From positions 1 through 39,462 of the forward strand of contig JARRQO010000014.1 of NCBI GenBank assembly GCA_037381685.1: 39,462 bases of DNA, written 5' to 3'. The stretch is from Deltaproteobacteria bacterium (GTDB lineage Bacteria > Desulfobacterota > Desulfobaccia > Desulfobaccales > 0-14-0-80-60-11). Shown here in pieces: positions 7,474 through 15,433 of the stretch. The notes beneath the pieces were generated by a model. It was given only the letters and a program-made list of their open reading frames with translations. It made no database searches and was not told where the DNA came from. Position numbers and translations under genes: made by a program. Numbering within the stretch: position 1 is the stretch's first letter; the number at the start of each line of letters is the position of its first letter.

Positions 7474-9764
7474 CAGAGGAGCTTATCTTCAGAATGTGGT
7501 TCATCACTGGCGGAGCCGCACAGGTCCGTGCGTTTCTTGGACCCGGAGAGAAAAATATAAGGGCCGCTGGCCGAATTGATGAGCTGGGCCAGGAGGTTGA
7601 AGAACGCGGTTAAACGCCTCTGTTCCAGGGGAACGGGAGGCTTGTCGGGCATATTGGTGAGGTTCAGGGGAAAATTCTGTCCCCACAGGATGAAGAGGTC
7701 CTCTAGACAGTCTTTATAAAAATCCTGGAGGAGGGTTCCTTCCAGGACAGTCTCCCAGAAATCCTTAGGAACCTCCTTATCGACCGCCAGATTGGCAACT
7801 TGCCCCCCACCCGCACTGATGCTGACGCAGACCTTGCCGGCGCCGTGCTCATCCAAAAGCCCTTTAACCTGAGCCTCGTGAACGAGGTTCCGGACCAACT
7901 CCTGTTGGACCTGAATGCCATAGCCTTCGCAGTCCAGGGCATAGCCCGGCCCTACCACCACTTCTTCCCGGTTTGGGCCGCACTTCATTTTGAGGCCGCA
8001 AACCACCCCATGCCCATGCAGATATTTATTGTGGAAACGCAAGTCCTGGAAGGCACAGAGAAAATCCAGCGCCTCCTGCACGGTCTGGGCCCCGGGCAGC
8101 TGGCATTGCTGGTTGTCAAAGCAGACCTCGTCGGCGCAGATGTCCGTCAGGCTGGGAAACAAGGTCCGGCAGTCGTCCGTTACCTGCGCGTGGCCGCCGC
8201 TGACTTCTATCAGGGCCAGGCGGCAATAGGCATGGTGAATGCCCTTGGGGGGCTGGGCGATGGGATCGGTGTTGGGGACCTGATAGGGCGGCCATTCGAT
8301 ATCGCCGGTGGCGGTGCGGGCCGGAATCAGCCAATAATCCCCTGACCGGTACGTGCCTTCCGAGAACTGGACCTGGATGCCGCTTGCCGGGTCAAGGCTG
8401 AGCCAATTCCCCGCGTCCAGCTTGATGCCGTTGGCGTCAGCCCCACTGCCGTTCTGGTCCCAGCGCCGCAGCTTGGGGTTGCAGGCCTGATCTACGGGGG
8501 TGACCGGCGTGGTCAAGACGATCTGGCGCGGCGCCTGGGTTATTACCCGGTCGATCTGCACCAGTTGCCGCGGGGCGCCTTTGAGGGTCGACTCTTCGTC
8601 GACGATCTCGACCCACTGGCCGCTGGCAAAACCCAGCACCTCATCTTTGCCGGTGTCGGTCACGGTAAGTGTATTGCCGTCGAATTGCACAATGGTGGTT
8701 TCAACCGAGGCGTTTTCCCGCGACCACTTGAAGGTGGCCAGGGACGCCGGCCCGCCATTGTGCAGCTCCACCCGGTAAAGCTGGTTTTCCATCCCTCGAT
8801 AACCGGCCCCCGGGGGCAGCAGGCAGGGGTCTTTTTGAGCCTGGGGCGGTTCGGTGCGGGCGTTCAGGGTGCCGGTGCTCGGGGCGGTATACTGGTCGAA
8901 TTCCGGGAACGTAGTTTCGCAGGTCACCTGGCCGGCCGGCGGACTTGTCGGCGGACTCGCCGGGGGACTCGCCGGCGGGCTGGACATTTCGGCACTCACC
9001 GGCAGCAATTTGACCTGCCAGACGGTTTTCAGCCGCGTGGTGGTATCCGGGCCGCCCAAGGCCACCTCACGGATGCGGCGATCATCTAAGGCAGTTATCT
9101 CCCGCGGCCACACGTCCAGGAAGGCCAGATAGGCGCCGTCGCTTAAAAGCAACTGATTCGGGCCCGCCGGTGGGCTGGTGGGCGGGCTTGACGGCGGACT
9201 CGTCAAAGCACTGGTAAAGTCGGGATGGGGATAATCAGGCTGCGTAGCATAGGTTGTCAGGCGGTGCAGCGCAGCATCGCCGGCGTCCTGCAAGTCTGCA
9301 AGACTGGTGCTGAACGCCAGAAGGTTTCCGCCAGTATCCACGGAAGTGATCTGCAGCACCTTATCTGCCGTTTGGGCCGCGGTAATCCGAACCCATTGGC
9401 CGGCCTGCAGCTCACGCCGGTCCACCATCAACGTGGGAACGCGGGCTTGGTGCGGTTGTCCCTCCACCAGCGTGATGGGGAGCGCGGTCGCCTCTAATTC
9501 GCAGAGCTGTCCGCCCACATAAATCCGGCCGGGGGAGATCGTCAGGTCTAGCCCATCCGGCGTCGCCTCGATCTTGAAGCCGCCCACCTGCTTGGGAACG
9601 CCGCACAAGCCTATCTCATCTTCAGCTTCCGTCCTGGTGCGGTGTAGCTGGATCGCCAGTTGCTCATTGGCGTCGGCGTCCAACTGCACCCGCCCCTGTT
9701 GCATGAGCACACCGCTGTAATGCTTCTCCGGGTCAAAGGTCTTGCGGCTATAATCACCAGGCAT
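6972..9764 (-). CDS. DUF6519-like CIS distal protein (fibre/receptor-module candidate); only ~7471..9764 looks genuinely coding
   Basis: GGGAGG lies 4-5 nt upstream of the ATG. I recall the N-terminus MPGDYSRKTFDPEKHYSGVLMQQGRVQLDADANEQ as the DUF6519 signature seen after baseplate genes in eCIS loci. The last ~165 codons (RLWKPWPARLSAPCSTM...) are R/P/S/W-rich off-frame-looking sequence that overlaps ORF 6025..7473 by ~500 nt. Confidence 0.7.
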   Translation of the reverse strand: MPGDYSRKTFDPEKHYSGVLMQQGRVQLDADANEQLAIQLHRTRTEAEDEIGLCGVPKQVGGFKIEATPDGLDLTISPGRIYVGGQLCELEATALPITLVEGQPHQARVPTLMVDRRELQAGQWVRITAAQTADKVLQITSVDTGGNLLAFSTSLADLQDAGDAALHRLTTYATQPDYPHPDFTSALTSPPSSPPTSPPAGPNQLLLSDGAYLAFLDVWPREITALDDRRIREVALGGPDTTTRLKTVWQVKLLPVSAEMSSPPASPPASPPTSPPAGQVTCETTFPEFDQYTAPSTGTLNARTEPPQAQKDPCLLPPGAGYRGMENQLYRVELHNGGPASLATFKWSRENASVETTIVQFDGNTLTVTDTGKDEVLGFASGQWVEIVDEESTLKGAPRQLVQIDRVITQAPRQIVLTTPVTPVDQACNPKLRRWDQNGSGADANGIKLDAGNWLSLDPASGIQVQFSEGTYRSGDYWLIPARTATGDIEWPPYQVPNTDPIAQPPKGIHHAYCRLALIEVSGGHAQVTDDCRTLFPSLTDICADEVCFDNQQCQLPGAQTVQEALDFLCAFQDLRFHNKYLHGHGVVCGLKMKCGPNREEVVVGPGYALDCEGYGIQVQQELVRNLVHEAQVKGLLDEHGAGKVCVSISAGGGQVANLAVDKEVPKDFWETVLEGTLLQDFYKDCLEDLFILWGQNFPLNLTNMPDKPPVPLEQRRLTAFFNLLAQLINSASGPYIFLSGSKKRTDLCGSASDEPHSEDKLLWCFFQRLWKPWPARLSAPCSTMTGLSPIMRSIRAWPPSSVRLSSSIIGCACILPSPWLTPAGLRTRFTCTISTSRNWRKPWCSRPAPMSRCRTSPYRRTARLSARWLFRTTRTPSLPRPALPQTAPTPGGRLPCNAPPNLSGWLMGRPRATCSMACRKTRDFSRYPL

Positions 9765-9786
9765 GGCGTCCTCCCGTGAATGCGTG

Positions 9787-12006
9787 CTAACTCGCGTAAA
9801 AGATTCCGGCTTCTAAACCGAAGCGCAGGTATTCATCCAGACGGGCTCGCAGGTTGGCTTTCCTCTGTGGCTGATACAAATCATGAAACGCGCCCATTTC
9901 CGCCTGGTCCTCGGCGCCTTCCTGGATCTCCACGGCGCACGACGGGCTGAGTTGGCAGTAACCAGGATCACCGTAACGCGTTGAGGTAAACCCGGGGGTC
10001 AAGGCGGACAGGATCACTTGCCGTTCAACGTCCGGCAAATCGCTCACTGCCGCCAGCCCTAACTCTCGGGCCCGTTGCGCCAGGGCCAGGTAAGGCTGGC
10101 AATTGTAACCGCGCGGCACCAGCGATTTTGGCGGCAGGTAGCAAAAGCGCACACAGCCCTGTTGCAATTGCTCAGCCACAACTTGCGCCACAAAGATGGT
10201 GTTGGAGGCTAAATCCAGGCGCAGGGTGTGCACCTGCCCGATCACCGTGCTGTTTTCGATCTGAAGCGGTGCGCCCGCCTCCACGCCCGCAAGTCCGCCG
10301 TAGGCTACGGCAGTTTCGTCGGTGGCATCCACGATGCTGCCGACGATCCGGACCTGGGCACCTTGGGCGGCACGAATGCCGCCAATGATGGAGGCTTCAA
10401 TCTCGACCATCGTGTTGGGTGCTTCAATGACCAGCCGGGGAGCGGCAGGCTGAGCCCCCACGTCGCGGATAGCGGGGCTTTCGCCGGGGAGCAGGGTGCA
10501 ATGACGCAACCGCAGCACGCGCAGCCGGTTCGGGTTATGTTGATTATCCAGTACCGGCACCCGGAGGCGCCCGCCGCTGATCAGGAAGCCGTTCAGCGTC
10601 ACCTCGGAGTTCTCGCCGCCACAGACCAGCATATCGGCCCCCGGCACCAAGACCGGCCGGCGCTCTTCGGCGGCCCGCAGTTCGATCAGGTGTCCCTCTG
10701 ATACGTCTCCAGCCACCTGGACGTGAGGGGTTTCCACGTAGTATGCATTATTGGTGATTTCCACCACGCCGCCGGTATCGGCCAGTTGATCGAGCGCTTC
10801 CTGTATGGTTGTCCTGTCATCAGGCACCCTGACCAGGTCCGCGTCGCTGCCGCCCACAAACGTGGTCTCCCGGCCATACTGGCCCCCGCCCATATCGGTG
10901 CTGAAACCGTAATGATAGCTGATATGTACCTCGGGACTGGGGCCGAGTCCTGCCGGCAGCGCGATGCGGCCCAGCACCGGATCGATGGCGTATTTGTCGG
11001 TTGGCATATGAGCCCAGGCGCTTCCGGCATCCGACAGGTTGCACACCACGATCTCAGCGGCCGGGATCTCCACCCCATTGACGTTCAGTGCCAGGCTTTT
11101 GCCACGGCCGTAATAAATATCCTTGTCTCTAGCCATTATGCGGCGATTGATGGGGATCGGCACATTGCGGGGCCCGGCCAGGTGAGTGATTAGATCTTCG
11201 GTTTCCGGACTGGTGTAAAGGGCCGTATCTTTTCCCAAGGCATCAAACCGGTAGCGCCGCCCGTCACCCCCATCAAAGGCCGGTACAAAGTTCAGGGGGT
11301 AACTGCCAAGCCGCCAGAGAAAAATGCCGACATTAGGAATGTTATACTTGCCGCGCCGGCTTGCAATCCGGCGCACCTCGACGGTCCGGGCCACCTGGTC
11401 AAAGGGGGTGTTGAAATACTCCAGGTTTTCCCAGTGCCGCACCCCGGCCAGGGACAGGTTATCCGGGCGCAAGTGTTTCAGATATTGCGTCGTGGCCAGG
11501 AGTTGGAAATATTCCACGACATTGGCGCCCCACGGCGCAGTCACCTCCTGGGCCAGTTGCTCAATGACCGCCGCGGTTCCTTTGCGCCGCCGATTCCGCA
11601 GGGTGTTGGCCACCAGGCTGCGCTGGCTGAAGGGGGCCTGGGGAAAGACCGCCAGGTTCCGGGTACCCACCAGATCCCCGATGTAGGGCACCACCCACTC
11701 GGCACACGTCTCAATAAACAGATCGTCATAGAGCTGGTCCAAATCCTCCTCGAGCACCGCAATCTGTTCGGCGATGACCGACAGCCAAGCTTTCAGGGGC
11801 CCGCGGGCGCGCCGCCGCTTTTCCAACAATTCCTGACGGCGCGCCGCCTGCGCGGCGCTCACCTTGGAGGCGAGGGCCAGTAAATTTTGCAGTTCGGTTT
11901 CTTCCTGGTCATCGAGTAGCAACCCCAACGCGGCGGCCAGTTCGCGGTCTCGGGTGCGGTAGATCGCCGGCAGGAGCGCATACAGTTTTTCCAGGTCAAA
12001 GCTCAT
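9787..12006 (-). CDS. baseplate wedge / phage tail protein, P2 gpI-like N-terminus with beta-helix-like C-terminal region (Afp12/Cis12-like)
   Basis: 739-aa ORF whose ATG overlaps the upstream stop by 4 nt. The N-terminus LEKLYALLPAIYRTRD...LKAWLSVIAEQIAVLEEDLDQLYDDLFIETCAEWVVPYIGDLVG matches the Tail_P2_I / TIGR02242-type pattern. Confidence 0.75.
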   Translation of the reverse strand: MSFDLEKLYALLPAIYRTRDRELAAALGLLLDDQEETELQNLLALASKVSAAQAARRQELLEKRRRARGPLKAWLSVIAEQIAVLEEDLDQLYDDLFIETCAEWVVPYIGDLVGTRNLAVFPQAPFSQRSLVANTLRNRRRKGTAAVIEQLAQEVTAPWGANVVEYFQLLATTQYLKHLRPDNLSLAGVRHWENLEYFNTPFDQVARTVEVRRIASRRGKYNIPNVGIFLWRLGSYPLNFVPAFDGGDGRRYRFDALGKDTALYTSPETEDLITHLAGPRNVPIPINRRIMARDKDIYYGRGKSLALNVNGVEIPAAEIVVCNLSDAGSAWAHMPTDKYAIDPVLGRIALPAGLGPSPEVHISYHYGFSTDMGGGQYGRETTFVGGSDADLVRVPDDRTTIQEALDQLADTGGVVEITNNAYYVETPHVQVAGDVSEGHLIELRAAEERRPVLVPGADMLVCGGENSEVTLNGFLISGGRLRVPVLDNQHNPNRLRVLRLRHCTLLPGESPAIRDVGAQPAAPRLVIEAPNTMVEIEASIIGGIRAAQGAQVRIVGSIVDATDETAVAYGGLAGVEAGAPLQIENSTVIGQVHTLRLDLASNTIFVAQVVAEQLQQGCVRFCYLPPKSLVPRGYNCQPYLALAQRARELGLAAVSDLPDVERQVILSALTPGFTSTRYGDPGYCQLSPSCAVEIQEGAEDQAEMGAFHDLYQPQRKANLRARLDEYLRFGLEAGIFYAS

Positions 12007-14738
12007 GGCAGCACCTCTAAACCAAGGGGTCGGGGATCGAGCATCAATATTTCGGCGGGAAAAACCTGGCGTTCGCCCGGCCGCGGCAGCGCGGCTTCCA
12101 GGCGGGGGGGAGGAAGCAAGGGCGCCGGCTGATCGGAACGGTAGAATTGCTTGATGTCCACCGCCACTACTCCCGGAACACTTTGTATGGCCGCGATAAC
12201 TTCGCTCAGGTTGACTGGCTGACCGAAGGTCCGGGCCTCAAAGGAGAAACTGTCACGCAACTGTTGTTCCACCGCGGGCACCACCTTTTCCGGCAGATAA
12301 TCGGCGTGCACTTTTAACGCCGCCGCGAGTCTAAAGAAACGAGGTTGGAAGGAGTGCAGCACCAGAGAAATATTCGGGTTGCCAGCCTTGTGCATGGCGC
12401 TCAGCAGATTCTCATAAAGTTTACTGTCCGATTTAACTTCAGCCCCTCCCACTCCGGCTATGGTCACAAACACTTCCCTTTTTTCGCCGCTCCAGGTCCA
12501 GGTGGCCAGGGCTTTACCAATGCCGCTGAAACTCCGGGCAAAGTCCTCGTAATCCTGGAGTGACACCACTCGGTCCAGGGTCAACACGGTGAGAGGCGCG
12601 TTGGTGCGGGCGTCAGCCAACTGTTCCGGGTCGGCGGCCCCGCTGGCCGCCACGGGATTCGTCACGGCTTTAACCCCCAAAGGCCGCGTCATTAATTGGG
12701 TAAGCTGATTGGCTTTCACCAATCCCGGCAAGCCGATGCCCTTGCGATACTTCGCGGTCACATTCTCCAGGCCGGTGGAGAGGCGCGCCCCGGTTTTCCC
12801 GTCGCCAAAGATCACCGTGCTCCGGCCCGCATCATCGGTCCGGGTCACATAGATGCGCTCCGCGGCGCCATGACTGAGCAAGCTCGGAACCTCGTGCCAC
12901 AGGATGTCGTTGACCCGTACTTCGCAAGTGGTTTGGGAGCCGGCCGGCGTGGCGCCGCTGACGTACGTGAGCGGCGGCTGACGCAGGCTGAAGCGCTGAA
13001 AAGGCTGGCTGGCATCGCCGCCACCCAGGGCTTCCTGGACTGTTTCGCCATGGGTGGCTTCCGCCACATTGGCGTTGATCGTGACCGTTTGGCGCACATA
13101 ACTATAAGTAAGGGACTGCTCCAGAGTCAACACCGTGAACCCCGCTTCAATGGCCACTTTTTTCAGAATTAAAGTCTCACTGGCCCTGATGCCGGCGAGG
13201 TCGCGGCGCTCACCCGTAAGGATGACTCGCTGTCCTTCCTTTAAGCCGAAATACGCCCGGTCCAGCGTGAGGCGGTTTCCTGCCACCGGGTCGTCAATGG
13301 GCAGGTCGGCCAAGGTCAGCGGCTCGCTGGGGGCATAAACCGTCACATCTCGAAAAGCACCGAGATCAGCGGGATTATTTTCAGGAAACAGGGTCCACCA
13401 GGATTGCCCCGGATCCAGGGTGAGGAGGGTGGTTTTGGCACTCATCCCGTAAGCCGTGCGGGGGCGCTGGGACACCTGGTCAAGCGCGAAAATTGCGGTT
13501 GCCTGGCCGGGCTTGGTCAGCGCGACATAAGTCTTTGGGAGAATCCCATCATAGGCATTATCAAGAAAAATCTTATTATTGGCTTCTGCGGCATCCCTGG
13601 GCCATTCGGTCCACTGCGAGGGGGCGTCCACCACAAAGGTGCGGTTGATCTGCTTATAGGTAGGTTGCTTAGGGGCGTTGTACCCGAAAATGGCCGCGTG
13701 CTGCCGCAAAGCATAAATACCGGAGCCTGCCTCCAAGGGCTTGGGGGCCGTCTGTCCGGCCAGGTTGGCGGCCAGCGAGGCGGCTGACCAACCCTGTATC
13801 TGGGTGAGGGCCGACAGGTCTGCCTCACTCCAGGTTTTGCCGGCAATTTCCCGCACCACGTTGTCGTCAAGCTCGACTTTGGTGGGGAAATCATTGAGGC
13901 TGCCCTCCGGAAGGCCCTGGGGGCCTTCATACGGGGGCAGTGGCGCAGGGGGGCTGACAAAATCCACCCGCGTGGTTTTCGCCTCCTCGTCTATCGTCAC
14001 CGCCACCACGTTCAACAGCGGTCCAGGGTTGCCGCTCTTGACGATTAACAGCGTGTCACCCTGCTTTAAGTTGGTCGCAGTGCCCTGTAAGATAACGAAG
14101 GCCGCGGTGGTGGAAACCGGCTGGGGCCTGGTCAGACGTGGCTTAATGGCATTCCAGTCGGCCCGGGTCTCGATCTTCTCGACGGTCTCAAAGGTCACGG
14201 CCTGCTCGCCGGGTCCGGGAATACTCTGCACTTTGGTGCCGACATCGATACTGATGGGAGGCAGGGGCTCCAGGGGGCCGGCAGCCACGGGAGCGAGTGC
14301 CTGACCCAGGGCTCCCGGCGCATCTTCCAGGGTGAAAGCCAGGTATGTGCCGGCGGCCACGCCGGACCGCAGCTCATAGCCGATCAGCCGGGCCAACTCC
14401 AGAACCGAGATTCTCTCCGTGGCGGTGCGCAAATAGGCTTCCTGAGCCAGGCGCTCCTGGTAAAAGGTCAGCACATCGGCCACCACGGCCCAGGCATCGA
14501 TCAGGGCCATGGAGAAGTCATCGTTTTCCCGGGTGGTCAAGCGGCTCAACGCTGGCAGCCGGGAGCCGGAAAGCCGGGCCAACATGGTCGCCTTGAACTG
14601 GGCGTGGGTGCCGGCGCGATACATGATCGCCTTCAGCCCCGGCCGATTGGAGATCAGTAGCGGCGTTTGGGCTGAAATTCCTTGGCAGCAGCCACACTCG
14701 TTCAGGGTGCGCAAGGAAGGATCAAGGGATAAGCTCAT
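12003..14738 (-). CDS. putative baseplate assembly protein (TIGR02243-like large wedge protein)
   Basis: 911-aa ORF with 4-nt overlaps at both ends. The N-terminus LNECGCCQGISAQTPLLISNRPGLKAIMYRAGTHAQFKATMLARLS is the characteristic start of the eCIS 'putative baseplate assembly protein' family. Confidence 0.75.
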   Translation of the reverse strand: MSLSLDPSLRTLNECGCCQGISAQTPLLISNRPGLKAIMYRAGTHAQFKATMLARLSGSRLPALSRLTTRENDDFSMALIDAWAVVADVLTFYQERLAQEAYLRTATERISVLELARLIGYELRSGVAAGTYLAFTLEDAPGALGQALAPVAAGPLEPLPPISIDVGTKVQSIPGPGEQAVTFETVEKIETRADWNAIKPRLTRPQPVSTTAAFVILQGTATNLKQGDTLLIVKSGNPGPLLNVVAVTIDEEAKTTRVDFVSPPAPLPPYEGPQGLPEGSLNDFPTKVELDDNVVREIAGKTWSEADLSALTQIQGWSAASLAANLAGQTAPKPLEAGSGIYALRQHAAIFGYNAPKQPTYKQINRTFVVDAPSQWTEWPRDAAEANNKIFLDNAYDGILPKTYVALTKPGQATAIFALDQVSQRPRTAYGMSAKTTLLTLDPGQSWWTLFPENNPADLGAFRDVTVYAPSEPLTLADLPIDDPVAGNRLTLDRAYFGLKEGQRVILTGERRDLAGIRASETLILKKVAIEAGFTVLTLEQSLTYSYVRQTVTINANVAEATHGETVQEALGGGDASQPFQRFSLRQPPLTYVSGATPAGSQTTCEVRVNDILWHEVPSLLSHGAAERIYVTRTDDAGRSTVIFGDGKTGARLSTGLENVTAKYRKGIGLPGLVKANQLTQLMTRPLGVKAVTNPVAASGAADPEQLADARTNAPLTVLTLDRVVSLQDYEDFARSFSGIGKALATWTWSGEKREVFVTIAGVGGAEVKSDSKLYENLLSAMHKAGNPNISLVLHSFQPRFFRLAAALKVHADYLPEKVVPAVEQQLRDSFSFEARTFGQPVNLSEVIAAIQSVPGVVAVDIKQFYRSDQPAPLLPPPRLEAALPRPGERQVFPAEILMLDPRPLGLEVLP

Positions 14739-15433
14739 CGTCCCCCCTTCATGATCAGGGTGAAGACCCCATGCTCCGGAAAGTCCGGGTCATTGTCCAG
14801 GCGAGCAATCTCGAGCCGCCCTAATTCGAGCTTGCCCGATGCCAGGGCCTCCTTGCCTGGAATCCTCTGACGGTGAAACTTGGTAATGTCAAGCGAATCA
14901 ACCCCCGCTACTGCCTGGGCGGCCGCAAAAAGGGAACTGAGATAAACCGTCTGCCCGAAGGTGAAGTTATCGGGGTGAAACAGGCCCCGGCGTCCGTCCG
15001 GCAAAATGCGATTACTGAAGGTCTGAAGCAGTGCCGCTTTGACATCGCTGGCGAGGTAATTCGCCTTGACGCAGACGACCATTTCAATCTCCAGGGAGAC
15101 GTACTGGGGCCCTTCAACTTCCACGTCTTGACCAGCCATCCGGTAGCGCTCCAGATCATGGCGCAGCCCTTGTTCAAAATCCTCGTCCACGTCTTTGCCT
15201 GCCAGGCGATCAACCGTCAGGTAGCTGGTATACCAGCTCCCGGTCCAGCGGAAAGTGGCGGCGGCGCGCTGCACCTCGGGGGCGCAACGCGCAGCTAGGT
15301 CCGCATAATCCTTCGGCGTAACGGCGCGTTCCTGGGTGCGGAAGGCATGCGGAGCATACTGCCGCACCTGCTCAATGGTTTCAGGGTCCAAGCCGCCTTG
15401 GGCCGGCAACGGGTTTCTCACCGCCACAACCAC
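14735..15433 (-). CDS. baseplate J (gp6/gpJ-like) protein, C-terminal part of a frameshift-split gene
   Basis: The ORF starts inside the conserved baseplate-J core: V(R)NPLPAQGGLDPETIEQVRQYAPHAFRTQERAVTPKDYADLA. This frame stays open upstream of the nominal GTG start (..ISTSAAALVTDPSVVVAVRNPLPAQGG). Confidence 0.8.
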   Translation of the reverse strand: MVVAVRNPLPAQGGLDPETIEQVRQYAPHAFRTQERAVTPKDYADLAARCAPEVQRAAATFRWTGSWYTSYLTVDRLAGKDVDEDFEQGLRHDLERYRMAGQDVEVEGPQYVSLEIEMVVCVKANYLASDVKAALLQTFSNRILPDGRRGLFHPDNFTFGQTVYLSSLFAAAQAVAGVDSLDITKFHRQRIPGKEALASGKLELGRLEIARLDNDPDFPEHGVFTLIMKGGR

